A DNA stretch of 63,991 bases, counting the filler, from Mitosporidium daphniae (lineage: Eukaryota), in NCBI RefSeq assembly GCF_000760515.2. It is 7 parts of 7 records of this genome, joined end to end, with 100 filler letters (N's around TTAATTAATTAA, not from the genome) between each part and the next. Parts side by side here need not be neighbours in the genome. Positions count along the whole stretch, not along the records: positions 1 to 9,650 come from NW_013546677.1; positions 9,751 to 19,382 come from NW_013546676.1; 5 more parts are not named here. One strand, given 5' to 3'. The notes under the pieces are model-generated. The model was not told where the DNA came from and made no database searches. It worked only from the letters and a program-made list of their open reading frames with translations. The translations under genes and the position numbers were made by a program. How positions within the stretch are numbered: position 1 is the stretch's first letter; each line of letters begins with the position of its first letter. Positions 1 to 10,756 of the stretch are shown here, piece after piece.

Positions 1-1338
1 TTCGCCACAATGAACGATATCGCTGAAAAGCTCAAAAATCCCTCTCACTTTTTCTTCTCACCTGCATTGATTACCATTTATGATCTGAACGAATTTGACT
101 TGGAAGACATGCTTCACTATCTGGCATACTCTGGGAGGACCTTTGGTTTGGTAGATCTTCTGTATATCTCTAAAAGGTTGAGAGGTATCATTTATTTTTA
201 TGTCAGCTCATAAGCCGATCTTGCAGCAATGGATCTATTTTGCAAGGAAATTCAAAAAGACATCTTTACTGAGGCTATTGAGACGTATATAATCGCAGCT
301 CAAAGGTGGCACCAAGTACGATTTCTGAACGGAAATTGAGTCTCAGACTATGTGCAAAGGACTCCAAACAACCCTTCAACCTGGATCACTTTAATTTGCC
401 TTTGTTGGACTCGCGGTTTATGTACATTGACCCCAAAATTAATTGCAATGCACAGCATTTTTTTAAAAGCAAAAGAGGAATCAATTCAAGCATCCATCTC
501 TATACTCACAGGAACGAGATCGTATTTTCTGACACTCGTCCTGCTAAATAGCTATAAAGAATCTGGGAGACGTGAAATTTCCACTCACAAATGTGTATGA
601 ATAGCAAGAAGTCCCAGTCAACACTATCTTCCTACACAATAAAAGAAAAGCCAATATGAGGCTAAGTATGTCCGTATTCCACACTTAATTGGATAGGAGT
701 TGACCATTGAAAGCTCCAAATCGGCCAGTTTTTATGTGCCAATTGGAGGGACAAGCTTACAATGTCCATGCAGTGTGTAGTTTCGAGAATGTTTGAAGGG
801 TTAATATCTCATTTACAAAATTCGTGTCGATGCATAAAGAAAATTCTCGCTGAAATTGAGGATATATGCTGTAGCTTCTGTTTAGGTTTGATATTCTGCC
901 AGAAAAAAAGAGACACAGTGAAAGCGTTTCCTGCAAAACATAGCTGTCGCAATCAAATCAAAGTTCTTTAGATTTGACGTCGCCCTCGGCCACTGATGGA
1001 TGAAACTCATTTGCACTGTCGATGGTTGAAGAGGAGGATAGCTAAGGCATAAATTTCTACGACGTACGAGCTTAGGAAAGACATTCACATTATCTGGAAA
1101 TTTGCCAGCCAAATGAATCTTTGATGAGGAATCGCGCGAAATTTCACAAGTCAAGCAATAGGACCGGCCATCAACTGTATCTGGCGACATCAAATCATTT
1201 GAATAGCCAATTTATTAAATGCTACCTTTTCAACCAGCTTGCCTAAGATATCTTTTCCAGAAGCCAAGTGATAGATTTCTTGGGGAAATAATTCTTTTTT
1301 CGCCTCGGTTTGATTAGAGTTTTTACCGTCAGATAAAC

Positions 1339-2853
1339 CTATTCTGTATAATTTAAGGGTAGGACCAGTCCTAGGGTTAGTGGTAGGTTTATCGTTAGGT
1401 TTCGGGTTAAGGGAAGGGTGATGATTAGGGTTCGGATTGAGCTTAGGATTAAGGGTTCGTTTAGTTTTAGGGGTAGGATTGAAAAAAGGTAAAAGGAACC
1501 CAAACAAAGAGATGGAACCTCTTTGAAAGGGGGAAGAATCCTAGTTGAGATAAGGGTAATTATGAAAGCACATAGCCAGCAAAAGAAGGACCCAAACGAA
1601 TCATAAGCTTCCTGAAGACTTTTGGGTAGGATTTTTGGAATAATCATCCAAGGGCTAGGTCCAAATCCAAATGAAAAACAAAAGATAAAGCCGAATGCAG
1701 CAGCAGATTTCATACGCGCTATATTTTTCAAGAAACCAATAAAGAGGAGCAATGAAGAGATTGCACATCCAGCTGCGCTAATTACACAGATATATTCCAT
1801 ATCAAAAGCATTGGCTATACGCGCGAGATAATGATCGCGCGTATTCTCTTCGCCTTTTAGAGCCTCTATTGCAACATTTAAAAAAGTTCCAGCGAAATTT
1901 GCAACACCCAAAAGCATATAAATATTCGGCAGGTCGCCAAGTATTTCTTCTATGTATGAAAAATATCGGTTAATCAAAGAGAGCTGTTGAAAGATATATA
2001 AGGCGATGAAAATTTTCAAGATTTTGATTGCTCTTTCAAAAGCCTTAGCAATGTTAAAGTTTGAGCTAGCTTTGGGCTGAGTGGGGATTGGTATCCTCTT
2101 GCTTAGGCTTAGTAGCCTTAGGGTTAGAGGCAGCCTTTTAGGGTTAAAAGTAGCAATCCAATTATGAAACATCGTAAAAAGGAAAACCAAAATTCCTAAT
2201 GATGCATGTATACGACTAAAGACTCTCCAGGCCAAAATATGGCTATTTAGAAAATACTGTCGCAGGAATCCACCGAAAAGTATTCCTGCTGCAGCTGTTA
2301 GTTGATAAAGGATTCTAAACTTTTGGGTTATACACTTAGAATGTAAAGCTAGCGAGTTAGGGTTATAAGAACCATGAGCGAATTTTCCAGTAATCCCAAT
2401 ACCCACTCCAAGAAAAAAACGCCCAATAGCCAAAAGGTTCCAATTGAAAGAAAAAGTGGAAAATAGGTGTCCAATAACGAATAATATTGAACAGAAACAA
2501 GTATAAACTTGAATGCTCCATTTAGGGGCAAAAAATATGTCAATCGACGATCCAAACGTTCCGCCTAAATAAAAGGAAGAAACAGCAACAGAACGTTGTA
2601 CCTCAGAGCCAAATTCGAACCTAAGAAATGATTCATGTGCATGCAAATACCTATCAAGATTTTTCTCGGTGGAATAAAGCCTTTTTGAAGGAAAAACAGG
2701 GAAGGTATGAATAGAAAGGAAACCAACAAGAATAAATAATTCGACTTCATTTAAAACATCATTATATTCATCAATATGCAAGGCAAAAGAGACTGAATTT
2801 AACAAAGTCGAAAGAACAAAAATAAGCAAATATTTTAACCGGCTAGGATTCAT
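1339..2853 (-). CDS. MFS sugar-porter family transporter (divergent, intronless)
   Basis: 504-aa multi-TM ORF with sugar-porter motifs IGRFFLGVGIG, YQL...GIL, WR, FQQLSLIN and FSFGFGPSPW; C-terminus runs into degenerate telomere-like repeats. Confidence 0.8.
   Translation of the reverse strand: MNPSRLKYLLIFVLSTLLNSVSFALHIDEYNDVLNEVELFILVGFLSIHTFPVFPSKRLYSTEKNLDRYLHAHESFLRFEFGSEVQRSVAVSSFYLGGTFGSSIDIFFAPKWSIQVYTCFCSILFVIGHLFSTFSFNWNLLAIGRFFLGVGIGITGKFAHGSYNPNSLALHSKCITQKFRILYQLTAAAGILFGGFLRQYFLNSHILAWRVFSRIHASLGILVFLFTMFHNWIATFNPKRLPLTLRLLSLSKRIPIPTQPKASSNFNIAKAFERAIKILKIFIALYIFQQLSLINRYFSYIEEILGDLPNIYMLLGVANFAGTFLNVAIEALKGEENTRDHYLARIANAFDMEYICVISAAGCAISSLLLFIGFLKNIARMKSAAAFGFIFCFSFGFGPSPWMIIPKILPKSLQEAYDSFGSFFCWLCAFIITLISTRILPPFKEVPSLCLGSFYLFSILPLKLNEPLILSSIRTLIITLPLTRNLTINLPLTLGLVLPLNYTE
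1355..1480 (+). repeat. Degenerate telomere-like (TTAGGG-type) tract inside the MFS 3' end
   Basis: Many TTAGGG/TTAGG/TAGGG/TTCGGG variants (ctagggttagtggtagg...gattagggttcgg...ttttaggggtagg); antisense reads as NPNP/LTL-type peptides. Confidence 0.6.
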
Positions 2854-2969
2854 TAAAAATTCGAATGAGTCACCAAGTGATATGTCTTCATTTTAGTGCA
2901 AGCTAACACAAAATTATTAAAATTCAAACGGAAAATTTGGGGTTTAGCTCTTTAAAATCCGAATGCAAT

Positions 2970-3232
2970 GTTAGTGTTAGGGTTAAGATTACTATGCTTT
3001 GTGTCGTAGCAAATGGAATCGTGGAGGGGACACTTGGTTTCGAGGCTGCATCGGGTGGAAGCTGCAAATGTGGGCAGACTAACGAATCAAAGTGCAGGTG
3101 GAATTAATTTGGTAACAAAAACACTAAATTCTGAGGCAAGGCAAATGCGTATTTCAAGGTAACGAGGTACGAAGGTTTTCAAACAGATCATATCGATGCA
3201 AGCTTAGAAGATAATCCAAAAGAGTATATTCC
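2970..3232 (-). pseudogene. Copy A of a dispersed decayed coding repeat, ending in telomere-like TAACCCTAAC
   Basis: Aligns by eye with 6192-6560 and 8925-9100; minus frame YTLLDYLLSLHRYDLFENL with in-frame stops. Confidence 0.6.
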
Positions 3233-3519
3233 CTGCCTAAACCTTTTAATTCACTCCCGACTGTGTTTTAAAAGCTGCGATAAATAGCCAATTTGATGTC
3301 ATCCCCTTTTGAAAGGACCTGGAGAGTACCGTGTTGGGCCTTGAATCAAGCAAGCGGGCTAGTTAAACGCATAATTAAAAAAATATCCAAGCACGCCACA
3401 AAAAGCAATAGTAAAGCTAAGCTGATCGGTATACACATTCATGAATGTGGTGTGGGATACTTGCAGAAGTGCTCCTGACCCTAAAACTCTGCAGCCGCTT
3501 TTAATTGTAAAGCTTTTGA

Positions 3520-3703
3520 CTTGGCGCTGGGAAAGTTCAAATGTGAAATTGCGGGGTTTTTGATAAATGTTCCTTTTTTTGGCACAGCCAAAAAGCATAC
3601 AAAATGAGTGTCTCAGGCTTCTAATACGTGACGAACAAAAAGCNTGATATCTTTCATAATCTTCTTGACGCACACCATTTTGAGACTGGGCCAAAGAAAA
3701 CAT
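3520..3703 (-). pseudogene. SRP68: SRP68 N-terminal RNA-binding domain fragment
   Basis: AQSQNGVRQEDYERYxAFCSSRIRSLRHS resembles the SRP68 N-terminus (QQQHGLRHGDFQRYRGYCSRR..RLRK); similarity is not evident downstream. Confidence 0.5.
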
Positions 3704-4965
3704 AAAATACGACTGTATGGTGATTTGCCGTTCACAAACAATCTTTGAAAGCTTTCACATCAAGATGCGAGTGCAAAAAGCCAAGCTACAGTTCGAATCG
3801 CAACTTGCTTCGAAAAAAACGCATCGATCGCACGTTGTGGCGCGGATGAAAGCTGTTGTTGTGACAGGGGGTTAAAAGCACACCTTCCTTTTTGAGGCGT
3901 TGAAGTTGTGCAATGTTTGATTCACAGCAGCGAGTAAAAGATTCCGCATCGTATGAAAGATTTTTACGTTTTTTGAATGTAATAATGTCAAGATAGTCAG
4001 AAACATTGTTCATTGGAATGAAAATTGCAAAATTTATCAGTAACAATAGGATGCTTATATCAACAAAGTAAGCCATTTCAAAAAACTGCACTACTACAAC
4101 TTTTTGTGTAAAAATTTGATGTTTTAGCTGATATTGCGGTTGAAAATATGATATTTACTGATACTATTATTTGTTCAATAGTCAAGCTGGCTAATAAAGT
4201 CAATTCATTTGGTTTGCGCGACATGAGTGGGTAGCAACATTTTTTTGTTTCATTTTTCGAATTGTATTAGCCATGTGTGTTGCTTCGTAAAAGCGTTTAA
4301 GCCATTCTTTTCTATTGCCAATGAAATGCTTGTTTTTCGCACTTTCACTGCATTTTATGGCCAACAAACAGTAAGTAAAAAAATAAGCAAAAAGGCTGTG
4401 GAAAAATTCTTGCATTCCGCTATTTGGCGAGTAAGCTCAACCAACAAAACATTACACAAGATGTTGAGCGTGTGCGCGCCCGCATTTTGATGCCCGATGT
4501 CCGTTTTCCGCAAATTTTTATGCGTCCATTGCCGAAATTTGATGCCCGATACCCGTACTTTTTGTCTGTGGCCATGCGAACATCATTCAAAAATATCGCA
4601 ACATCTTGAATAAAGAACCCGCTTTCAGTTTGATATCATTAGCTAGCAAGACAATAATTTGTCCATTACTCGTACTTTTGATAAAATTTTACGAGTGGTT
4701 CACAAGCAAATAAAAATCAAACTGAACGCAAGCAGCTCGCATAAATTAGCGATAACTGCCACTTATCGGGGTTAGTGACTAGGTTATGATCGTTGTCACT
4801 CTTTCTGGGGTCTTCAAAGCGCTCAAGTGACATTGAGTAAAACCTTGAATTTTTATTAAATTACTTTTGAAACAACCAAAATCATTTGGGGTTAGGATTA
4901 AAACATTTGAAACGACCGTTTCAAATGTTTTATGCTTAATTGTTAGATTTGTTTTGCTTTTTTTG

Positions 4966-6195
4966 ATGAAATTTCCAGCAAAAAAGTCAGATTCAAAGAA
5001 AGAAAATCACATTAAAGCTCTTGCAGGATTACGTGGACTTTGCGCCATAGCCGTCATTTATTCGCATATCAAAAGCGACTTGTTTCCAACTTTTAATGTT
5101 GTTGGGCACCATGCTGTGATTTTTTTCTTTTTTCAAAGTTCTTTTCTCGTTTCTTATCACCTGCTGATGCAATGGAGAAAGCTTGTTGCTTCTATGGACC
5201 TGTCTTCCACATCAAAATTACAAATTCTTACAAAAAAAGTATCTGCACGGATGTGGTGTAATTATGCTTTGAAGAGGTTTTTTAGAATTTATCCGTTGTT
5301 TGCACTTGTGCTGATTATGATTTATTTTGGACCGTCATTTTTTGACGATTCATATGGCCAAATTCGGGATACTTCTACCATATTTCAGCATTTACTGCTT
5401 TATAAGTGTCGAAGCCTCTTTTGGACTATACCTTTTGAAATAGTTTTCTATTTCGTGGCACCTTTGGTTGTGATAAGCTATGATTTTTTTGTTAGCTTTT
5501 TTAGAATTTTTATCAATCGACATTTCAAATCTAAAATGTTTTTTGTTTTTTGTATTCTTATTATCAGTCAGATATTGTTTTGTGCACTAGTTCCCGAGTT
5601 TTATTATCCAATTCCAACGTTTTCCCTGGGATGTTTTACTGGGTTTATATGGGCGGAGTATCACTATGCCAAAAAAGGTCTCGAACCACAATATTTGGAC
5701 ATTGTGGACAATGGATCACACAAAAGCCAGACAAAATCCGAACAAAGAAAAAAAGAAACGGGGTTTCGCGTTTTCTTTGATCTTTTTTGTTACGTAAATG
5801 CGCTAATTTTTTATTTTTCACTCGATAGTGATTTTCCTACTCGTCGCGCGCCATTTTCATGGTGGAAGCCGAGAATTTTTGACTCTGTTATGTTTTCAAA
5901 CATCACCATGGCAATCGTTTTTTTTCCGGGCTCTTTTAGTCGGATTTTTGAGTGGAATTTTTTACAATTTGCTGGAAAAATATCTTATTCATTGTATTTA
6001 ACACATCCTATGAGTCTTTTAATTTCGGAAAGCATATTTTCATGTATTTTTTCGGCCAAAATAGTTGCCCCGGAAGAAATCCATTTCAACAAATCTGTTC
6101 TTGGAATTGCTATTTCATTGGCAATTGGTTCATTTTTCCACTTTATTATTGAAAAGCCAGCGATAAATTTTGGCAGTAAAATCATGAAGGCTTAG
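4966..6195 (+). CDS. Acyltransferase-3 (OafA/YrhL-like) membrane O-acyltransferase, intronless
   Basis: Motifs ALAGLRGLCAIAVIYSH, VIFFFFQS, KRFFRIYP, FWTIPFEIVFY, GKISYSLYLTH and IIEKP; first ATG at 4966 within ORF 4867-6195. Confidence 0.88.
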   Translation: MKFPAKKSDSKKENHIKALAGLRGLCAIAVIYSHIKSDLFPTFNVVGHHAVIFFFFQSSFLVSYHLLMQWRKLVASMDLSSTSKLQILTKKVSARMWCNYALKRFFRIYPLFALVLIMIYFGPSFFDDSYGQIRDTSTIFQHLLLYKCRSLFWTIPFEIVFYFVAPLVVISYDFFVSFFRIFINRHFKSKMFFVFCILIISQILFCALVPEFYYPIPTFSLGCFTGFIWAEYHYAKKGLEPQYLDIVDNGSHKSQTKSEQRKKETGFRVFFDLFCYVNALIFYFSLDSDFPTRRAPFSWWKPRIFDSVMFSNITMAIVFFPGSFSRIFEWNFLQFAGKISYSLYLTHPMSLLISESIFSCIFSAKIVAPEEIHFNKSVLGIAISLAIGSFFHFIIEKPAINFGSKIMKA

Positions 6196-6560
6196 GGGTT
6201 AGGTTTTACCATGCTTCATGTCGTAATAAAGCAAGTATGGTGGGGGGACACTTGCTTTCAAGGCAGCATGTGGTAAAAGCTGCAACTAGGACAGATGGGC
6301 GAATCGGAGTGCAGGTGGAATTGAATTAAATTGGATTGAATTGGATTGGATTGGATTAGATTGAATTGGATTGAATTGGATTGAATTAAATTGGATTAAA
6401 TTCGCAGGTCAGACAAATGCATATTTGGGAGTAGCGAGGCAATAAGGTTTTCAAAAACCTCGTATTGACGCAAGTTCATCAAATGATCCAAAGGAGTGTA
6501 GTGATTTTTTTCCTGGATTTTGGCGGCAAAAGCGGAGAATCAAGTTGCCCAGGTGGGTCC
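6192..6560 (-). pseudogene. Copy B of the dispersed decayed coding repeat, interrupted by a pentamer microsatellite and ending in CCTAACCCCTAA
   Basis: Minus frame FAAKIQEKNHYTPLDHLMNLRQYEVFENLIASLLPNMHLSDLRI; many differences from copy C are synonymous. Confidence 0.6.
6319..6402. repeat. Pentanucleotide microsatellite (ATTGG/ATTGA/ATTAA)n
   Basis: About 16 degenerate 5-bp units visible directly. Confidence 0.9.
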
Positions 6561-7704
6561 AAGCGCAGAAACAGCGGTGTCCAAAACATGTGGTCATTAG
6601 CCAATATCAAATAATTCGATCGATTGCTCTCCAACCATGCCATGCTTAAAATGCCGAAAAATGTCGAAAATTTTATTGTCTCGAAAATGGGCCGAAATGA
6701 TACGGAACGATCGAGAATATCCTGGAAACGCAAGAAAGACATGCACAACGCTCCAAACGGCTCAAAAACCGTAATATGAGTCAATTTGGATCGGTTGAAA
6801 AGGGTGCTTTAAATTATATCAAAAGGTCATTTAGTTAATTAGCTGGTTATTTAGGGTTAGTTTAGGCTACTTATTAGCTGATTTAAAGAGCAGGAACAGA
6901 AATAAAGTGCATTGCAAACATGCAATAAATTTTTGAACAAAAGAAAGGATGGGAATTCGGATATTTAGCGGCCTACAATTTATATGCGATTATTCAAAAA
7001 ATTCAGAGAACATCCCAATTATATGGAATTTAGGAAATTTTCAGGCAATGAACGAAACTCGCAAAGCTTTCATCAAATTTGGTAGAAATTCACTCATCTC
7101 CTTTCCCCGTTTTTAGACATGAACCAACACTACTCGTCTTCCTCGAAACCAAAGCAACTGGTTGACCTGCTTTTTGGACAGTACATTGTGAAGAAAGCTG
7201 GAGATTTCCTTAGTACCAAAGACGAGAAATTCGCGCTTCACCACCTTGCCACATCCGCCTAGCTTTCTTTTCCTCCCCAAGTTTGGCCTTCCGATTTTCT
7301 TCTATTAGAAAGGCTTCCCGAAGTATCGCATCATTCTGATATCTATACCGCCGTCTGAGGACTTTGCGGGGGTCAGGGCCATATATAAGGACCTCTTTTG
7401 AACATCGAAGGCCATCATCAAAAGGTCGATCTTGTCATGGTCTATTAGTCTTTCTGTTTGAGGTATTATGAAAATGCTATGGAATACTTTTTTTTCTATA
7501 CGTGCGTTTCTTTCCAATTCCCTTATATTGAGCTTATTATTTTGCGAAATATCCTTCAGATGAAATACCGTGAGCTTGAATACGTTGTGATACAAATTTA
7601 TAAATTTAGGGGTAGAAGGCAACTTGATAGCCTTTTGAATGGCTATCAAAAGGCTCCTGTGCATCTTGACGCTAACCGTGGCGAGTCCAGTTAAAGGGAA
7701 AATT

Positions 7705-7953
7705 TCATACCATTCCGTTGGTAGAGGTAAGGGCCTTTTCGGCCAAGGCCTCATTTACAAATGTTACAAACCCGAACGCATGTGAGCGTCTACTGTCGCG
7801 GTCATAAATCAGCTTGAAAGATTCGACATTACCATATGGCTCGTAGATATCTTCAAGAGTTTTCTCCGTGGTATACATGGAGAGACCAAAGATACCCAGC
7901 ACATTCGAAATCGGTCCAGTGTAGGCGGATTCGTTCTTCCGGATTTCCGCCAT
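7705..7953 (-). CDS. Transformer-2-like RRM protein exon (3' structure unresolved, possibly a fragment)
   Basis: VLGIFGLSMYTTE...IYDRDSRRSHAFGFVTF...NGM matches the TRA2 RRM (LGVFGLSLYTTE...YDQQSRRSRGFAFVYF); GTATGA donor after NGM. Confidence 0.7.
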   Translation of the reverse strand: MAEIRKNESAYTGPISNVLGIFGLSMYTTEKTLEDIYEPYGNVESFKLIYDRDSRRSHAFGFVTFVNEALAEKALTSTNGMV

Positions 7954-8394
7954 CTCACCTTCAGCTTCAATTTGGGTATCAAATTCCGGTCACTCATTCC
8001 AAGTAGACTGAGTCTCGCTAAATTCGTATCGCATGAAGAGCTTCATAATGCATCGGGTAAGCTTCCTCTTCACTGGCAAGCATTCCAAAAAGGTAATTTA
8101 GGTAAAATTTAGCGCTAAATTTCAATTTTTTAAGTGGATTGGGAGCACTCCAATGAAACCTGTCTTTCATTGCAATTCGCTAATATGTCCGCTAACTACG
8201 CTCAAAATGATATCTATTTATATCATACCCATTTAAAAGTAATTGAATCAAAATATAAATGTCTCTTTTTGAAGTTGCCCAGTATGATGACCTTTCTGTT
8301 GTAAGCGCCTTTTTTTGGTCACTTTTTACCTATATTATCCTCGACTTTTTCTTGCAACAAGTTTACTCTCTCTTTTACGGAATATTATATCCTC

Positions 8395-9650
8395 CTAATA
8401 AAAAAAACCCCCTTGATAGTAAGGGTTCACTTGATCAAGATGAAGTTATTCTGCCTTTGCCTTCCGCAATCGGGATTGTTTTTATACAAGCCTTAGCAGG
8501 GAAAATTTTTGGAAAATCTCCTTTCAAATCCAGATATTTAACTCCCATTGTTGGATTCCGTGAAATATTTAATTTCCACGCCTGAATTCATCACTAATAA
8601 GAATATGGGTTGCGATGAAAAGCATCATTTCAAAAGTCAAAAAAAAATAAACTTAGATTTAAGATGTTATAGGCTATTATTTACTTTATAAGTGCAGACC
8701 TGGGCTTCTAGACAGACTGGAAGGGCAAAATGGGAATCAGAGGGAATTAGAGGAAACCAGAGTTGGCAAAATAATTTTTACTATGAAAACATTTTGGCGA
8801 AATTAAATAGAATTTTCAATGTCAACTCCGAGCATCCAAATTTTAAACAAGTGTACCCAAAAATGGGCGGGGGAAACATATATAAGGAGAGGTAAAAGGT
8901 TGGGTTATTTTTTACTATTTTTATGTTGTAATAAAAACATTAAATCCAGAGGCGAAACAAATCCGTATTTGGGAGCAGCGAGGCAACAAGGTTTTCAAAA
9001 CGTCGTATTGACCCAAGTTCAAAAGGTGATCCAAAGGGGTGTAGTGGTGTTCTTCCTGTATTTTGGCGGCGAAGACGGAGAATGAAGCTGTCCAGACGGG
9101 TTTAATGTTTTAATTACAACATAAAAATAGTAAAAAATAACCCAACCTTTTACCTCTCCTTATATATGTTTCCCCCGCCCATTTTTGGGTACACTTGTTT
9201 AAAATTTGGATGCTCGGAGTTGACATTGAAAATTCTATTTAATTTCGCCAAAATGTTTTCATAGTAAAAATTATTTTGCCAACTCTGGTTTCCTCTAATT
9301 CCCTCTGATTCCCATTTTGCCCTTCCAGTCTGTCTAGAAGCCCAGGTCTGCACTTATAAAGTAAATAATAGCCTATAACATCTTAAATCTAAGTTTATTT
9401 TTTTTTGACTTTTGAAATGATGCTTTTCATCGCAACCCATATTCTTATTAGTGATGAATTCAGGCGTGGAAATTAAATATTTCACGGAATCCAACAATGG
9501 GAGTTAAATATCTGGATTTGAAAGGAGATTTTCCAAAAATTTTCCCTGCTAAGGCTTGTATAAAAACAATCCCGATTGCGGAAGGCAAAGGCAGAATAAC
9601 TTCATCTTGATCAAGTGAACCCTTACTATCAAGGGGGTTTTTTTTATTAG
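8395..9650. repeat. Long inverted repeat: arms 8395-8944 and 9101-9650 (550 bp), 156-bp spacer, running into the contig end
   Basis: Identical 67-aa ORFs at 8692-8895(+) and 9150-9353(-); arms are reverse complements, with one mismatch seen near the spacer. Confidence 0.95.
8925..9100 (-). pseudogene. Copy C of the dispersed decayed coding repeat (forms the inverted-repeat spacer)
   Basis: Minus frame SFSVFAAKIQEEHHYTPLDHLLNLGQYDV, homologous to copy B. Confidence 0.6.
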
Positions 9651-9750
9651 NNNNNNNNNNNNNNNNNNNNNNNNNNNNNNNNNNNNNNNNNNNNTTAATT
9701 AATTAANNNNNNNNNNNNNNNNNNNNNNNNNNNNNNNNNNNNNNNNNNNN
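9651..9750. other. Artificial contig linker N44-TTAATTAATTAA-N44
   Basis: Six-frame stop linker flanked by Ns, repeated identically six times in the window. Confidence 0.98.
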
Positions 9751-10307
9751 TCGATTCGTTCGAAACTATTTCGAATAGCAGTTCTATTAGCGCCCGTAGG
9801 ATAGTATAAGAAGTGCAAGACAATATCGCCTCTGTTTTGGCCTCTAAATTCGAGTATTTTAGCTAACCCTGTGATGCAGACTGATCTAAAATAATTGATA
9901 GCATTTCATTTGAAAGCAAGGGAGATCCCTCAAAGTCTCTTATTGTCTGTTTTAAAAGAGAAGCTACGACATGGGGAGACACATGGATGTGTTCCAAATC
10001 TTCATTCTCTACAGCGATTAAAGAATTCCTGTTTCTTTACGCTTTAAAACCCTTTTTTCGAGGGCATCCAATTCTTTTTTCGATACAGGTATCCTAAACA
10101 ATCCCTCAACGTCAAGCCCTAAAAGTGGTCATTTAAATTGATCATGCCTTTTTCTAACAGATATTTGATATAAATTAAAATTCTGCTTTTTTTGTCAAGC
10201 AGCGGCATTTTACTGCCTTTCCTGTTTTGACAGAGCAGATTCAATTTCTTCAACATGTGATATATAATCAGTTGGAAAATTTCGATGCCCATTTTATCAA
10301 ATTGCAT
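9751..10307 (-). CDS. RhoGAP domain protein (spliced, 3'-truncated by contig end)
   Basis: Spliced product IKYLLEKG|LDVEGLFRIPVSKKELDALEKRVLK|QNEDLEHIHVSPHVVASLLKQTIRDFEGSPLL has the arginine finger (GLFR) and the HxVASLLK motif; introns 10119-10147 (GC-AG) and about 32 nt GT-AG; start uncertain. Confidence 0.8.
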
Positions 10308-10756
10308 GCTAAATAAACTCAAACCCCACCCCTAACCCCATTCTTAAATATTAAACTATAAATTGCCTCATTAAATTGCGAATTGACACACCATCTGTGC
10401 CGAGCAAATATTTGGTGCTTACTGCAGCGGAACATTCTCAAGGTTACCTTAAAAGTTTGCATATTGTTTGTACACGTGAAACGCAAAAATTTCATGGTTG
10501 CAAATTAAACCGAGATCCAGCAAGCTAGTTACTTCGTTATAACCAACAAGCCGCGATACTATATCCATGTCATTATATCGTTTTAGGGGGTTAGGGTTTC
10601 CATTTTCATTTCTTCTCTTATGAGAGGGAGATTTAGCGGAAAGCATTGCTTGGTTAAGCTTTCACACGATATGCGAAGACTCCGCACCGAATTTGATTTA
10701 TTTTTGAATCTATTTTTTACAGATTGAAATTTTTACTTCGTTGAGCCTTTTCGTAC

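Noticed and set aside
6319..6402. Possible CRISPR-like or telomeric array
   Set aside because: Simple 5-bp microsatellite with no spacers, in a eukaryotic context
8692..9353. Two identical 67-aa ORFs on opposite strands
   Set aside because: A by-product of the inverted repeat; GTG start and no recognisable domain
10449..10646. L7Ae/Pop3-like ORF (LVGYNEVTSLL)
   Set aside because: Only a short motif; I could not build a convincing spliced gene
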